NCBI GenBank assembly: GCA_965199495.1
Contig: CBDASK010000003.1
Coordinates: 3,136,001-3,200,000, forward strand
Reading direction: 5' to 3'
Source: Abditibacterium sp.
GTDB taxonomy: Bacteria; Armatimonadota; Abditibacteriia; Abditibacteriales; Abditibacteriaceae
DNA length: 64,000 nt
Positions 25,757 to 36,363 of the stretch are shown here, in pieces. The notes under the pieces were generated by a model. That model saw nothing but the letters and a program-made list of their open reading frames with translations. It was not told where the DNA came from and did not search any database. The position numbers and the translations under genes are program-made. Numbering within the stretch: the stretch's first letter is position 1; every line of letters begins with the position of its first letter.

Positions 25757-27685
25757 TTAAAACGCCTCGTGGCTCTTGTCTTCGCGCGGGCCGTCGAACA
25801 GCCACGTCTTGAGCGCGACCAACATAAAGCGCGGCACATAACCCATCTTTTTCCAGCGCGCTGGCTCGACCCACACGCGATAAAGCCACTCTAATCCGAT
25901 GCGCTGGATGGCGACGGGCGCGCGCGTAAATTTGCCCGAATAAACGTCGAACGAGCCGCCGACGCCAATCGAAACCGGCACGTTCATGCGCTGCATATGT
26001 GCGGCGATGAACTTCTCCTGCATCGGAATTCCCATCGCCACGAACAAAACGTCGGGCGCGGCCTGCGCGATGACATCGGCCATGATTTCGTCGCTTTCGT
26101 CCCTGGAAAACCCGTTTTCTTCGCCCTCTTTGCGCCAAAAACCGTGATGCGTGCCCACGACCGTCAAGCCGGGATATTTCTGTTCCAGATTGCGCGCGGC
26201 AACGGATGAAATACTCTCGCCGCCCGGCGTAAATCCCGAACCCAAAATATAAATTTTGTAACCTTTTTCTGCCGCTCGCTCGCAGATGCCAGTCACCATA
26301 TCAACGCCGGTCACGCGCTCGTAAATCGGCAAATTGAGCAGACGCGCGCCCCAAATAACGCCGAATCCATCGGGCGTCGTCAGCGAGGCGTTGCGCATAA
26401 TTTTAAGGTATTCGGGATCATTGCGTGAAGTCAAAATCGCGTTGGCATCGGTGGTTAAAACCTGATGCGGCTGGCCCGACTGGATGAAACCCTCGACGCG
26501 GTCGAGCGCTTCGCTCATGCTGACTGGCGAGATTTTGACGCCAAACGCGTCAATGCTTTCGGGCAACTCTTCGTCGGTTTTACGGCGCATCTGCAAGCGC
26601 GCCAGCGAAAAGAAAACGATGGCGCCCGCGCCCGCCAAAAACAGCAAAATCAAGCCGTAAAAAATCGCCATCAAAGTTGACGGCGGCGAGCCAAAAAACC
26701 AGTGCGTCGCCAGAAACGCCAGTCCGCACAGCCACGCGCCGACGCAAAAATAATAAAGCGCGATTTTGGCGCGCGGCACACCGCGCTCTTCCAAGGCCTG
26801 ATCAAGGCGCATCTGGCGGTTGCTCCAATTGACGTTATAACCGCGCAAGCGCGCGCGCACCTTGACAATCGAGACGTTGAGTAAGGGCAATCCCAGCGAC
26901 AAAAGCCCCAGCGCCAAGAGGGCTGGCAACGTGTTTTTGAGTAGGCCCATCGCCGTGGCTGTTCCGACCAGAAAGCCCAGCGCCAGCACCGACGACCAGC
27001 CCAAATTAATGTTGGGCCTTTTGAGCGCCACGGCAAACGCGGCCAAACCCGCGCCCGCCACAGCCCAGGTTGCGGTCGGCGCGAACAGGTTTTCGGTGCG
27101 CCCGTTGGTGCTCCACAACAGCGCGACGGTAAGCGCGAACAATCCCAGATAACCACCAGCCACGGCGGGCACGCGGTTGAGCGAGGCGCACAATCGCGCA
27201 ACTAACCAAATCCACGCGACAGTGATAAGGGTATCAATCGGCCCCAATTCAACCAACCCCGAATCGGCGGAAGTCGAGCGGGCGACCTGAATTATGACAT
27301 CGCTCGAAATGCGCGTGGCGAGAAACGCCGCTCCGACCACCACGATGTCGGCGACCCACGCGGGCAAACGGCCCAATCCGCGTAGCGCCGCCAAAACGTA
27401 AACCGCCAGCGCCAAAATCCCCAGTTGGATGCCCGCCAAAAGTTCGGGCGAATATCTGACCTGCGAAAGTGCCGTAATCTGATCGGGCGTCATGTTCGCG
27501 TAAATCGTTGGCGAGGTGCTGCGCGCCATCTCATAAAACCAGAACGAAAGGGCGCCCACCAACAAAGTCGCGCCGACCAAAACGATGCCTTCGGGGCGCG
27601 GATTGAAACGACCGTAAGTGTGCTGCGAGAGCAAAAGCCCCCCATAAGTTAAAATTATCGCTGCCAGAAAAGTCCAGATAAACAT
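25757..27685 (-). CDS. Degenerate MraY/WecA(TagO)-like membrane domain fused to a WecB/TagA/CpsF glycosyltransferase
   Basis: Multi-TM N-terminal part; C-terminal TPDGFGVIW, ERVTGVD, VAMGIPMQE, GVGGSFD and GLEWLYR motifs. Confidence 0.85.
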   Translation of the reverse strand: MFIWTFLAAIILTYGGLLLSQHTYGRFNPRPEGIVLVGATLLVGALSFWFYEMARSTSPTIYANMTPDQITALSQVRYSPELLAGIQLGILALAVYVLAALRGLGRLPAWVADIVVVGAAFLATRISSDVIIQVARSTSADSGLVELGPIDTLITVAWIWLVARLCASLNRVPAVAGGYLGLFALTVALLWSTNGRTENLFAPTATWAVAGAGLAAFAVALKRPNINLGWSSVLALGFLVGTATAMGLLKNTLPALLALGLLSLGLPLLNVSIVKVRARLRGYNVNWSNRQMRLDQALEERGVPRAKIALYYFCVGAWLCGLAFLATHWFFGSPPSTLMAIFYGLILLFLAGAGAIVFFSLARLQMRRKTDEELPESIDAFGVKISPVSMSEALDRVEGFIQSGQPHQVLTTDANAILTSRNDPEYLKIMRNASLTTPDGFGVIWGARLLNLPIYERVTGVDMVTGICERAAEKGYKIYILGSGFTPGGESISSVAARNLEQKYPGLTVVGTHHGFWRKEGEENGFSRDESDEIMADVIAQAAPDVLFVAMGIPMQEKFIAAHMQRMNVPVSIGVGGSFDVYSGKFTRAPVAIQRIGLEWLYRVWVEPARWKKMGYVPRFMLVALKTWLFDGPREDKSHEAF

Positions 27686-27838
27686 TCGCGTTAAACCGTC
27701 GGCCCGTCGCTGGCCCGTTAAGTCTTGCGCCCTCAGTATGAATCCAAACCGCGCCCAACGCAAAACAGCCCGACGATTTCTCGTCGAGCCGTTTTGGTGA
27801 ATTAGCGTGAGAGATAGGAGTTACGGATTTGGGCGCGT

Positions 27839-27973
27839 TTGTTATTCTGAGCGCAGTGAGGCACGAACGAAGTCGAAGAATCCACCGGTTGCGACTAAGT
27901 TTGACTTTCGTCAGTAGATTTACGTCATGGATTCTTCGACTTCGTTCGTGCCTCACTGCGCTCAGAATGACAA
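27839..27973. repeat. Palindromic element (GTCATTCTGAGCGCAG family)
   Basis: About 46-bp inverted arms ttgttattctgagcgcagtgaggcacgaacgaagtcgaagaatcca; a half copy lies at 60304. Confidence 0.9.
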
Positions 27974-28054
27974 TGAAGGCGAGTTTCAAGCGTCAACCAA
28001 ACTTACTCGCCGAGTTAAATAAAAAGAGTTAGCAACGCGTTTTGTTAGTTAAAT

Positions 28055-29830
28055 TTATTCATCAAGCCAAGACTCATCATAGTCTTTGAGTTCATGGTCA
28101 ACCGAGCCTTTCTTTGTAGGTTCCACGCTTAGTTCTGGAATTCCCAATAAAGCTTTTACCTTCGCCACAACTTCGCCCGATGCGACAGCCACGGCGTCTT
28201 TGCTTTGGCGCGTGCGCACTTCCAAGTCGCCGCTTTCTTTGGTCGTGCGCCCGGCCATAACGCGCGTCGGAATGCCGAACAGGTCGGCGTCGGCGAACTT
28301 GCTGCCGGGGCGTTCGGTGCGGTCGTCATAAAGCACGTCCAAACCCGCCGCGCGCAGTTCGTCGTAGAGTTTGTCGGCGATTTGAACAACCGCTTCGTCG
28401 CGTTCGAGCAACAATAAATGCACGTCGAACGGCGCCAGTTCACGCGGCCAAATCGGGCCGCGATCATCGTGGTGCGCTTCGACGACTGCGGCCATAATGC
28501 GCGACACGCCGATGCCGTAACAGCCCATTTCGGGGATGCGTTTTTTCTGGTCTTTGTCCAAAAACGTCGCGCCCATCGCGCGGCTATATTTGTTGCCCAA
28601 TTTGAAAATGTGGCCCATCTCGATACATTTCGCGCTTTCGAGCGGCCCGCCGCCATTGGGCGACAACTCGCCCGCATTCGCCTCGCGCACATCAGCCCAC
28701 TTTTCAACTTGAATATCGCGTTCGACATTGACGCCGCGCAAATGAAAACCGTCTTCGTTGGCACCCGTCGTCATGTGCGCGCGTCCGCGCAAGGCTTCGT
28801 CGGCTGTGATCGGCACGTTTTCGACGCCGACCGCGCCCAGACTGCCGGGATGCGCGCCCAGTAAATCAACGATTTCGTCCGCCGTGGCTGCTCGCAACTC
28901 GCTCGCGCCCAGAGCGCTACCCAACTTCGATTGGTTGAGTTGATGATCGCCGCGCAGCAAAACCAATTGCGGTTTGCCATCGGCCCTCATCACTAATGTT
29001 TTAATTTGATGAACGGCTGCCGCGCCGCCCTCGAAATTCGCCAGTTCGTCAATGGTAGCCACGCCGGGCGTGGCGAATTTTTCCAATTCGTCCGCGATGT
29101 CGTCGCGATTTTCGACTGGCTCCAAAATTGAAGTCGCCAATTCCAAATTGCTGGCGTAGCCGTCGCTTTTGTTAAAGAGCATCAAATCTTCGCCCGACGG
29201 GCTGACGACCATGAACTCTTTGGTGTCGAAACCGCCGATGCCGCCGCCCGCCGCGTCCACGATTTGCGCGTCCAATCCGCAACGCGCGAAAATGCGCTGA
29301 TACGCGCCGACCATTTTATCGAACGATTTGTCCAACCCGGCGATGTCCACATCGAACGAGTAGGCGTCCTTCATGATGAACTCGCGCCCGCGCAAAAGTC
29401 CAGCGCGAGGACGCGGTTCGTCGCGAAATTTGGTCTGAATTTGATAAAGCGTGAGCGGTAGCTGCTTATAACTTTCGATGGAAGCGCGCACGATGTCGGT
29501 TACGACCTCTTCATGCGTCGGGCCGAGCGTGTAGTCGGAGCCTTTGCCGTCTTGCAATCGAAATAAAATGTCGAGGCCAGCGCGCCCACTTTCCTGCCAA
29601 ATTTCGATGGGTTGGAGGGCGGGCATCAAGAGTTCGACGGCGCCCGCCTCGTCCATTTCTTGGCGCACGATGCTCTCGATTTTGTGCAAAACGCGCAGGC
29701 CGAGCGGCAGATAAGAGTAGATGCCCGCGCCCAATTGGCGAATATAAGCGCCGCGCAAAAGTAAGGCGTGGCCTTCGTTGTCGGCTTTGACGTTGCGCAA
29801 TGTGGGCGCGAAAAATTGACTTTGTCTCAT
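28055..29830 (-). CDS. proS: Proline-tRNA ligase (bacterial type with editing insertion)
   Basis: LGPTHEE, FRDEPRPRAGLLRGREF, GHIFKLG and MGCYGIG motifs. Confidence 0.97.
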   Translation of the reverse strand: MRQSQFFAPTLRNVKADNEGHALLLRGAYIRQLGAGIYSYLPLGLRVLHKIESIVRQEMDEAGAVELLMPALQPIEIWQESGRAGLDILFRLQDGKGSDYTLGPTHEEVVTDIVRASIESYKQLPLTLYQIQTKFRDEPRPRAGLLRGREFIMKDAYSFDVDIAGLDKSFDKMVGAYQRIFARCGLDAQIVDAAGGGIGGFDTKEFMVVSPSGEDLMLFNKSDGYASNLELATSILEPVENRDDIADELEKFATPGVATIDELANFEGGAAAVHQIKTLVMRADGKPQLVLLRGDHQLNQSKLGSALGASELRAATADEIVDLLGAHPGSLGAVGVENVPITADEALRGRAHMTTGANEDGFHLRGVNVERDIQVEKWADVREANAGELSPNGGGPLESAKCIEMGHIFKLGNKYSRAMGATFLDKDQKKRIPEMGCYGIGVSRIMAAVVEAHHDDRGPIWPRELAPFDVHLLLLERDEAVVQIADKLYDELRAAGLDVLYDDRTERPGSKFADADLFGIPTRVMAGRTTKESGDLEVRTRQSKDAVAVASGEVVAKVKALLGIPELSVEPTKKGSVDHELKDYDESWLDE

Positions 29831-29900
29831 TGTTGAACTTGGCAGTTTAGTGCGAACGGTTCTTTCGGATGTCGGATGACGCGACCTATTTGCGAGCGCT

Positions 29901-30034
29901 TGTCATTTCGAGCGTAGCCGAGAAATCTTGCGCCCGCGCGGCAGCGCAGGTTAAAACCGCTTCAACGCCAAAGATAAAGCATGACTTCCGCTGGCGCGGG
30001 GCCAAAAGATTTCTCGGCTTCGCTCGAAATGACA
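29901..30034. repeat. Palindromic element (TGTCATTTCGAGC family)
   Basis: tgtcatttcgagcgtagccgagaaatct...agatttctcggcttcgctcgaaatgaca; the spacer resembles that of the 17656-17890 element. Confidence 0.9.
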
Positions 30035-30063
30035 GGCGAATGTGTTTCGTAATCAGACATCCG

Positions 30064-30828
30064 CTAATCCCCCAACAATCGCAACCCATTGAGCGTCAAA
30101 TGTGGCTCGACGCGTTCGATCATCGGCACGAGCGGCGCGATGAGTTCGGCCAAACCGCCGGTCGCGAAAATCGTCGGCTCGGTCGGCCAATCGGCGACGA
30201 AATCGGCGCGCGCGCGTTCGAGCAGTTCGCGCGTGAGTCCGGCGTAACCGAAAACCAGACCGGCTTGAATGGATTCGGTCGTGTTGTGCGCCAAGGTGCG
30301 CGAAGGCGCGCGCAGTTCGACGCGCGGCAAGCGGGCGGCGGCGCGAAACAGAGCGTCGCTCGAAATGCCGATGCCGGGCGCAATCGCGCCGCCCAGATAA
30401 GTGCCGTCGGGCGAAACCGCGTCAATGGTGGTCGCCGTGCCAAAATCGGCGATAATCGCGCCGCCCGGCGCCATTTTGTGCGCGCTCAACGCGTTAATCA
30501 AACGGTCGGCGCCCACGGCAGTGGGCGGCTGATACAGATTCTTGAGGCCAGTAGTAGAAGCATCAGCCACGGCGGGTTCGCAATTCAGATAATCGCGGCA
30601 TAACTGAATCGCTTGCGGCGTTAGAGACGGCACCACGCTACACAAAGCCGCGCTTTCGACTTGATCGAACGCAAAACCGCGCGCGTTCAAAGCGAATTGA
30701 AGAAACGCCGCCAATTCGTCGGAAGTCGCATCGCGCCGCGTGGCCATGCGCCAATGTCCGACGAGATTTTCGCCATCGAACAGGCCGATGGCCAAGTTGG
30801 TATTGCCAAAATCGAGCGCCAAAAACAT
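30064..30828 (-). CDS. coaX: Type III pantothenate kinase
   Basis: DFGNTN, VGADR, DFGTATT and GGAIAPG motifs. Confidence 0.95.
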   Translation of the reverse strand: MFLALDFGNTNLAIGLFDGENLVGHWRMATRRDATSDELAAFLQFALNARGFAFDQVESAALCSVVPSLTPQAIQLCRDYLNCEPAVADASTTGLKNLYQPPTAVGADRLINALSAHKMAPGGAIIADFGTATTIDAVSPDGTYLGGAIAPGIGISSDALFRAAARLPRVELRAPSRTLAHNTTESIQAGLVFGYAGLTRELLERARADFVADWPTEPTIFATGGLAELIAPLVPMIERVEPHLTLNGLRLLGD

Positions 30829-30897
30829 GGGAAAATGGTAAAGATTGAAGGATGAAACGGGGATGCGCCATTTTCATCCTTACAACTTCTTTTTGCT

Positions 30898-31860
30898 TCA
30901 GATGTCGTGTTGTGCGAGGTCGAGCTGATACCAACAGGTGTTCAGGAAAAGATGTAAAGTCGAGTTGCGATTAAGGACGCGTGCTTTTGCAATTGGATCG
31001 CCGGAAGGAAGAACCAGTTCAATTTCGCGGGCATTCTGCATCGCGTCTTCTCCCAAATCCTGAATAACGCATCGTGAGCGGTTTTCTGTGTAACCACCGA
31101 ACAGCAAAACGCGATGATTGTCAACAATGAGGCCGCGCGCGCCAGTCATTTCGTTGCGCCACATCTGCTGACTTCCGTCAGGTTTAATGCAAACAATAGG
31201 AAAATCGGTATAAGGACAAGACCAAACCCCATCGTCCGCAACGTTGAGCGTGTAACAGTCGGCCATTGAATTCAATTTGCACTGCCAAAGGATGTCGCCT
31301 TGAACATTAAAGCGCGCAATTCCCGATGCTCCAATCGGCGCTTTCTGCTCGTTTTCACTATTCGCGCCCCACCCAAAATTACCGAAAATTCCTTCGTCGG
31401 AGTAGCCCGTCCAAATTGTGCCATCGCGCGCAACTGCGACGTGTTTCAGGCCGTCGCCCAATAAAAAGCGTCGCGCGAATGTTCCATCTTGTTCATAGAC
31501 CGCCGCGTTGAATTCGGGATTGCCATCGCGATTGTGGCAACGCGCCGCCACAACGAGCGATTCGCCGTTTGGAAGTGGCTGAACAAAGGGGTGGGCTTCT
31601 TCGATCTCAATCGGGACTTCGCCTTGGAATTCGGGAGTGAATTTTAAGACATCGGCTCGATAGGGCGCAACTTTCGATTTTGGAAACGAAGCCCATCCCG
31701 GTTGAACATCTCGCCCCAACGCTTGTTTTTTGACTGTGCTTGTAGTGGCCAACAATAGAACTTCGTTTTTTGGTCCCACATTCACCGATACAATTTCACG
31801 TCCGTTCAACGGCGCCGCGAAGTCAGCAACAAAAGTGAGTTCAACCTTTTTCTTTGGCAT
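30898..31860 (-). CDS. Hypothetical protein (beta-propeller-like)
   Basis: LGDGLKHV...IWTGYSDEGIFGN...DCYTLN...YTDFPI pattern; somewhat lower GC. Confidence 0.65.
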   Translation of the reverse strand: MPKKKVELTFVADFAAPLNGREIVSVNVGPKNEVLLLATTSTVKKQALGRDVQPGWASFPKSKVAPYRADVLKFTPEFQGEVPIEIEEAHPFVQPLPNGESLVVAARCHNRDGNPEFNAAVYEQDGTFARRFLLGDGLKHVAVARDGTIWTGYSDEGIFGNFGWGANSENEQKAPIGASGIARFNVQGDILWQCKLNSMADCYTLNVADDGVWSCPYTDFPIVCIKPDGSQQMWRNEMTGARGLIVDNHRVLLFGGYTENRSRCVIQDLGEDAMQNAREIELVLPSGDPIAKARVLNRNSTLHLFLNTCWYQLDLAQHDI

Positions 31861-31881
31861 TAGAAGTAGTTTTGCCCGCGT

Positions 31882-32970
31882 TTACGCCACCTTAGCGTCG
31901 GCGTCGCTGCGGCGCATCATCTGGCGCAGTTCCGAGCGGATGCCCGCGTAATCCAATGCCATTTCTTCGGTGATTTTGCCCTCGCGATAATATTTATCCA
32001 AAGCCATGTTCATCGTTTGCATCTTCCACTGCGAAGCGCCTTCTTTGATCGCCTGATAAATCTGACCGGTACGACCTTCTTCAATATATTGGGCCACGGT
32101 TGGGCTAACATTGAGAATTTCGATGGCGCAGGCGCGGCCTTTGCCGTCTACGGTCGGCACCAATTTCTGCGACAGAATCGCGCGCAGAGTTTTGCTCAAG
32201 CGCTGTTGCACCAACTCTTTTTCGTGCGGCTGAAACATCGAAAGCATGCGCTCCATGCTTTCGGCGGCGGACGGCGTGTGCAGCGTCGAAAAAACCAAGT
32301 GACCGGTTTCGGCGGCTTGCAGACAGATGCCCATCGTTTCGGCGTCGCGAAGCTCGCCGACCAGAATAATATCGGGCGCTTCGCGCAAAGCGGCGCGCAG
32401 GGCGCTGGCGAAATTTTTGGTGTCCAGACCGACTTCGCGCTGCGAAACGAAACAGTTTTTGTCAGGATGGACGTATTCAATCGGGTCTTCGATGGTGACG
32501 ATATGACCTTTGCGCTCTTGGTTTATTAAATCAATCATCGCCGCCAAAGTCGTGGATTTGCCGCTGCCCGTGGCTCCCGTCACCAAGACTAAACCGGAAT
32601 GGGCGCGCGTGAATTCGGCCAGAACTTCGGGCAGACCCAGTTCAGAGAATTTGCGGATGCGCAGTTGAACCACGCGCAAACAGAGCGCGTAGCCGCCCTT
32701 GACCTTATAGATGTTGACGCGAAAACGCGCGATGTCGGGGATGTTGTAGGAAACATCGTGGTCGGGGTCTTTCTGAAAATGCTCGAACTGTTCGGGCGTC
32801 ATCAGGCTGCGCACGACCGGCTCCAAATCTTCTTTGGTGAGCGGCGGATGTTCGAGCTTGCGCAACGTCGAATCAATTTTGAGCGCGGGGGGCGCGTCTT
32901 CTTTAATGTAAATGTCGGACGCGCCGCTCTCGGCGGCGAATCGGCACAATCCTTCAAAATCAAGAGCCAT
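31882..32970 (-). CDS. pilT: PilT/PilU family type IV pilus retraction ATPase
   Basis: TGATGSGKST, TIEDPIE, LREAPDIILVGE and ETGHLVFSTLHT motifs. Confidence 0.88.
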   Translation of the reverse strand: MALDFEGLCRFAAESGASDIYIKEDAPPALKIDSTLRKLEHPPLTKEDLEPVVRSLMTPEQFEHFQKDPDHDVSYNIPDIARFRVNIYKVKGGYALCLRVVQLRIRKFSELGLPEVLAEFTRAHSGLVLVTGATGSGKSTTLAAMIDLINQERKGHIVTIEDPIEYVHPDKNCFVSQREVGLDTKNFASALRAALREAPDIILVGELRDAETMGICLQAAETGHLVFSTLHTPSAAESMERMLSMFQPHEKELVQQRLSKTLRAILSQKLVPTVDGKGRACAIEILNVSPTVAQYIEEGRTGQIYQAIKEGASQWKMQTMNMALDKYYREGKITEEMALDYAGIRSELRQMMRRSDADAKVA

Positions 32971-33031
32971 AATTGGAAAACCTTGGGAGTTGGAATCTGA
33001 AAATTTCAGATTTTAGATGTTCACTTGCGAA

Positions 33032-33499
33032 CTAAACAGTTTGGCTTTGCCAGTGCCGAAACGACAACAGCGCGCCTGCTCCAATGCTGGCAACGGCCAG
33101 CAAAGCGAAAAACCACGAAAGCGGCGTCGGCGTCATTTGATCAACGCGCAGTCCGCTGGTCAGCGCCGCGCGCACCGCGCCGTGCAACGTCAGCAAGCAA
33201 AACGCCGCCATCAGCCAGCCAAAGGCCGATAACAGCAAACCGTTATCGCGCAAGCGCAGGTCGCTTTCGCGCGCGTAGCCAAAACCGTAGCAGACCGCCA
33301 GCGCCAGAGGCACCGGCGTCATCCACAGATAAGCCGTGTCGAGCGCCACATCGCCGCCCAACAGGCCGATGCCCACGCCCAGAGCGTAAAGCAGCAACAC
33401 CGCCGCGCCAACAAAAAACGCGACATTCTGCGCCGCGTCATCGGCGCGCGAAGGGGAATTGGCTGGAAGCACGTTAAAAGCATAACTCAAATTAGCCAT
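33032..33499 (-). CDS. Hypothetical membrane protein
   Basis: Four hydrophobic segments. Confidence 0.6.
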   Translation of the reverse strand: MANLSYAFNVLPANSPSRADDAAQNVAFFVGAAVLLLYALGVGIGLLGGDVALDTAYLWMTPVPLALAVCYGFGYARESDLRLRDNGLLLSAFGWLMAAFCLLTLHGAVRAALTSGLRVDQMTPTPLSWFFALLAVASIGAGALLSFRHWQSQTV

Positions 33500-33563
33500 C
33501 GTTTGAATGGCTGGAAATGTTTCCCGGCGCAAGGGAAACGTTCGCTGCGTTAAATTATCTGGG

Positions 33564-34604
33564 GTGACGCCCGATTCCATTTTGCGCGAGGCCATCGAAA
33601 ACGCCGCTTTTCCCGGCGCCGTGGCTTGGTGCGCGCGCGGCGAAAACGTGATGTTTCACGGTGCGCAGGGCCATTTGGGCCTCGCGCCGCCGTTCGATAA
33701 GCCCGCCGATTTAAACACGATTTACGATTTGGCTTCGCTCACCAAAATCTACGTGTTGGCCGCCGCGTTGCGCTGTTTGCGCGCGCACCAAATCGCGCTC
33801 GATACGCCGTTGGCCCATTTTCTCGACGGCTTCGCGCCGTCAATTACGCTCGCGCATTTGATGAATCATAGCAGCGGCCTCGATCTGCATCTGCAAGCGC
33901 TGACAGAACTTCCAATTGAACAATGGTTGCCCCAAATCCGTGTTGCGCCGATAACAGCCACGCCGGGCGAGCGCGTGCTTTATCTTTGCACCAACTATTT
34001 TTTGCTGGGCCGCGCGCTCGCTCAAATCGAGGGCGTGCCGCTCGAAACCATCGTCGAAAAATATGTTTTGAAACCCGCCAATCTGCGCGCGACGTTTGCG
34101 CCGATGGTTTTTGCCAACGTCGCGCCAACCGAAACGGACGGGCAAGGCGGCACTTTTCGCGGCATCGTTCACGACGAAGCCGCGCGCGCTTTTCGCGCGC
34201 AAACCGGCGATTGCGCGGGCAACGCCGGAGTGTTCGCCGACGCGCGAGATGTCGGCAAATTCGGCCAATTATGGCTGGACAATTTCTTCCATCCCGCCGA
34301 CGTGGCTGCTGTTTGCGCGCGTCCGTTGCCCGAAGAAAGCGGCGCGCGCGGATTGGGTTTTCAAATTGACAAACCGTTTTATATGAGCGACAAAGCGCCG
34401 CCTAATACGTGGGGACATCTGGGTTTTACCGGCCCGTCTCTGGTCATTCATCGCGCGACGAAAAGCGTGATTGTGCTGCTCAATAATCGCGTTCATCCCA
34501 CGCGCAACGGGCCGAATCGCATGCCGTGGCATCGCGCGCTGGCGGCGTGGAGTTTTTCGGATGTCGCATCCGTCCAGCGAATGAATTCGCGGCTGGGAGG
34601 CTAA
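33564..34604 (+). CDS. Serine hydrolase, beta-lactamase class C-like family
   Basis: SLTK, YLCTNY, VHDE and WGHLGFTG motifs; the C-terminus runs into the 34566 repeat. Confidence 0.88.
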   Translation: MTPDSILREAIENAAFPGAVAWCARGENVMFHGAQGHLGLAPPFDKPADLNTIYDLASLTKIYVLAAALRCLRAHQIALDTPLAHFLDGFAPSITLAHLMNHSSGLDLHLQALTELPIEQWLPQIRVAPITATPGERVLYLCTNYFLLGRALAQIEGVPLETIVEKYVLKPANLRATFAPMVFANVAPTETDGQGGTFRGIVHDEAARAFRAQTGDCAGNAGVFADARDVGKFGQLWLDNFFHPADVAAVCARPLPEESGARGLGFQIDKPFYMSDKAPPNTWGHLGFTGPSLVIHRATKSVIVLLNNRVHPTRNGPNRMPWHRALAAWSFSDVASVQRMNSRLGG

Positions 34605-34714
34605 AGCCGGAAGTCCGCCTACGCGGACACGAGATTACAACTGTTCTTCGTGTCCGCGCAGGCGGACTTCCGGCTTTAGCCTCCCAGCCGCGAATTTATT
34701 CGCTGGACGGATGC
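34566..34714. repeat. Compound palindromic element (CAGCGAAT unit plus AAGTCCGCCTACGCGGAC unit)
   Basis: About 67-bp inverted arms at 34566-34632 and 34648-34714. Confidence 0.9.
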
Positions 34715-34770
34715 TTTGAACAATCCGAAATCTGACATCCGCCATCCGACATCTGAAATACTTCAGCGCG

Positions 34771-36363
34771 ATGAAATTATTTTTCACAAGCGCGCTCACG
34801 TTGAGCGCGCTGAGTTGCGTTTGGGCCAAACCCGCGCCGACCCAATTGCCGCCCGCGACGCTAAAACAAATCGAAAGTTTGCTGCGCCATCCCGGCATTC
34901 AGAACGCGCGCGTCGGCATTTCGGTTGTGGCATTGGGCGAAGCGAAAACTCCGGCGCAATTTCCCGCCAATCCCTACGATAACGGCGCGCAACCTTTACT
35001 GTTTGGCCGCGACGAAACCAAGCGATTCACGCCCGCCAGCAATTTTAAATTGTTCACCGCGACGTGGGCCTTGAAAACGCTGGGGCCAAAAACTACGCTC
35101 GAAACGAAAGTTTTGGCCGCGCCCGCCACTTTTCTCAAGCCCGGTTCGTGGCCCGATAGTGAAAAGACGCCGACGGTTTTGACGCTCGTTGGCGGCGGCG
35201 ACCCTTCGCTTACGACCGAGGATATTCAGGCGCTGGCGCGTCAGATTACGTCGCCGATTGCGGGTGCCGACAAAGGATTTTTCGTGGTGCGCGCGCAAAA
35301 TTCCATCGCGGGCGATTTGCTCAACGGCGAATTTGGCGGGCACCGCTATCCCGACGGTTGGACGCTCGACGATGCGATTTGGTATTACGGCGCGCCCGTC
35401 ACCGGTCTGGCGGTCAATCGCAACGAGGTGGATGTGAAGATTACTGGCGCCGATAAAGCGGGCGAGCTGGCGCAAACCGCGAGCGAGCCAAATGCGCCAT
35501 TTCAAATTTTGTCCACGGTGATTACGGTGGATAAAACCGATGCGCGCGCCGGAAAAATTTCGTGGGACAGAGGCGATTCCGATTCGCCGCTGGGCAACAC
35601 GCTGCGCCTGCGCGGTTTTATCGCGGTCGGCGCCCGCGCGACCGAAGGTATTGCCGTCCCCGATCCGACGCAGTGGGCGGCCAACATTTTGGCCGACGAA
35701 ATCGTGGCGCAGGGCGGCAAAATCGCCCAACTGAGCAGTCCCTATTCGATTGACCAAGCCGTCGTCGTGGCGCGCCACCAATCAGCGCCGGTCGGCACGT
35801 TGATTCACCGCTTTCTCAAAAATTCCGATAATCTCTATGGCGAAATGCTGCTGCGCCGCGCCGGAGCCACGATTACCAAAGACGCGCCATTGCCACCAAA
35901 TTCGGGCGCCTCCATTTCGTCGGAGGGCGTGGCTGCAGTTGCGCACCGCAACCTTATCGGTTGGCTAATGCAAAACAAAGTGCCCGTTGCGGGTCTGCGT
36001 TTTTCCGACGGCAGCGGTCTGTCGCGCTACGATACAGCCACGCCGCTCGCCATCACGCGCGTGTTGGGTGTCGCGCAAACGTTGGACGGCGGCGATTTAT
36101 TCTACAACTCGCTCCCGATTGCTGGCGTTGATGGCACGCTAAAAAATCGTTTCAAAGATAGCGCCGCGCAGGGCAATTTGCACGGCAAAACCGGCACCTT
36201 TTCTACCGTCAATTGCCTGAGTGGCTACGTCACCACGCGCGACGGGCAACGTCTGGCGGTCTCGATTTTGACCAACTTCATCGAAGACAGCGAACTCGCC
36301 CGCAACTGGGAAGGCCGCATCATGGCGACTTTGGCGAACGCGAGTTGGACGGAGAAAAAATAA
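34771..36363 (+). CDS. dacB: D-alanyl-D-alanine carboxypeptidase/endopeptidase (PBP4, S13 family)
   Basis: PASNFK, GGGDPSL, SDN, DGSGLSR and KTG motifs. Confidence 0.93.
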   Translation: MKLFFTSALTLSALSCVWAKPAPTQLPPATLKQIESLLRHPGIQNARVGISVVALGEAKTPAQFPANPYDNGAQPLLFGRDETKRFTPASNFKLFTATWALKTLGPKTTLETKVLAAPATFLKPGSWPDSEKTPTVLTLVGGGDPSLTTEDIQALARQITSPIAGADKGFFVVRAQNSIAGDLLNGEFGGHRYPDGWTLDDAIWYYGAPVTGLAVNRNEVDVKITGADKAGELAQTASEPNAPFQILSTVITVDKTDARAGKISWDRGDSDSPLGNTLRLRGFIAVGARATEGIAVPDPTQWAANILADEIVAQGGKIAQLSSPYSIDQAVVVARHQSAPVGTLIHRFLKNSDNLYGEMLLRRAGATITKDAPLPPNSGASISSEGVAAVAHRNLIGWLMQNKVPVAGLRFSDGSGLSRYDTATPLAITRVLGVAQTLDGGDLFYNSLPIAGVDGTLKNRFKDSAAQGNLHGKTGTFSTVNCLSGYVTTRDGQRLAVSILTNFIEDSELARNWEGRIMATLANASWTEKK

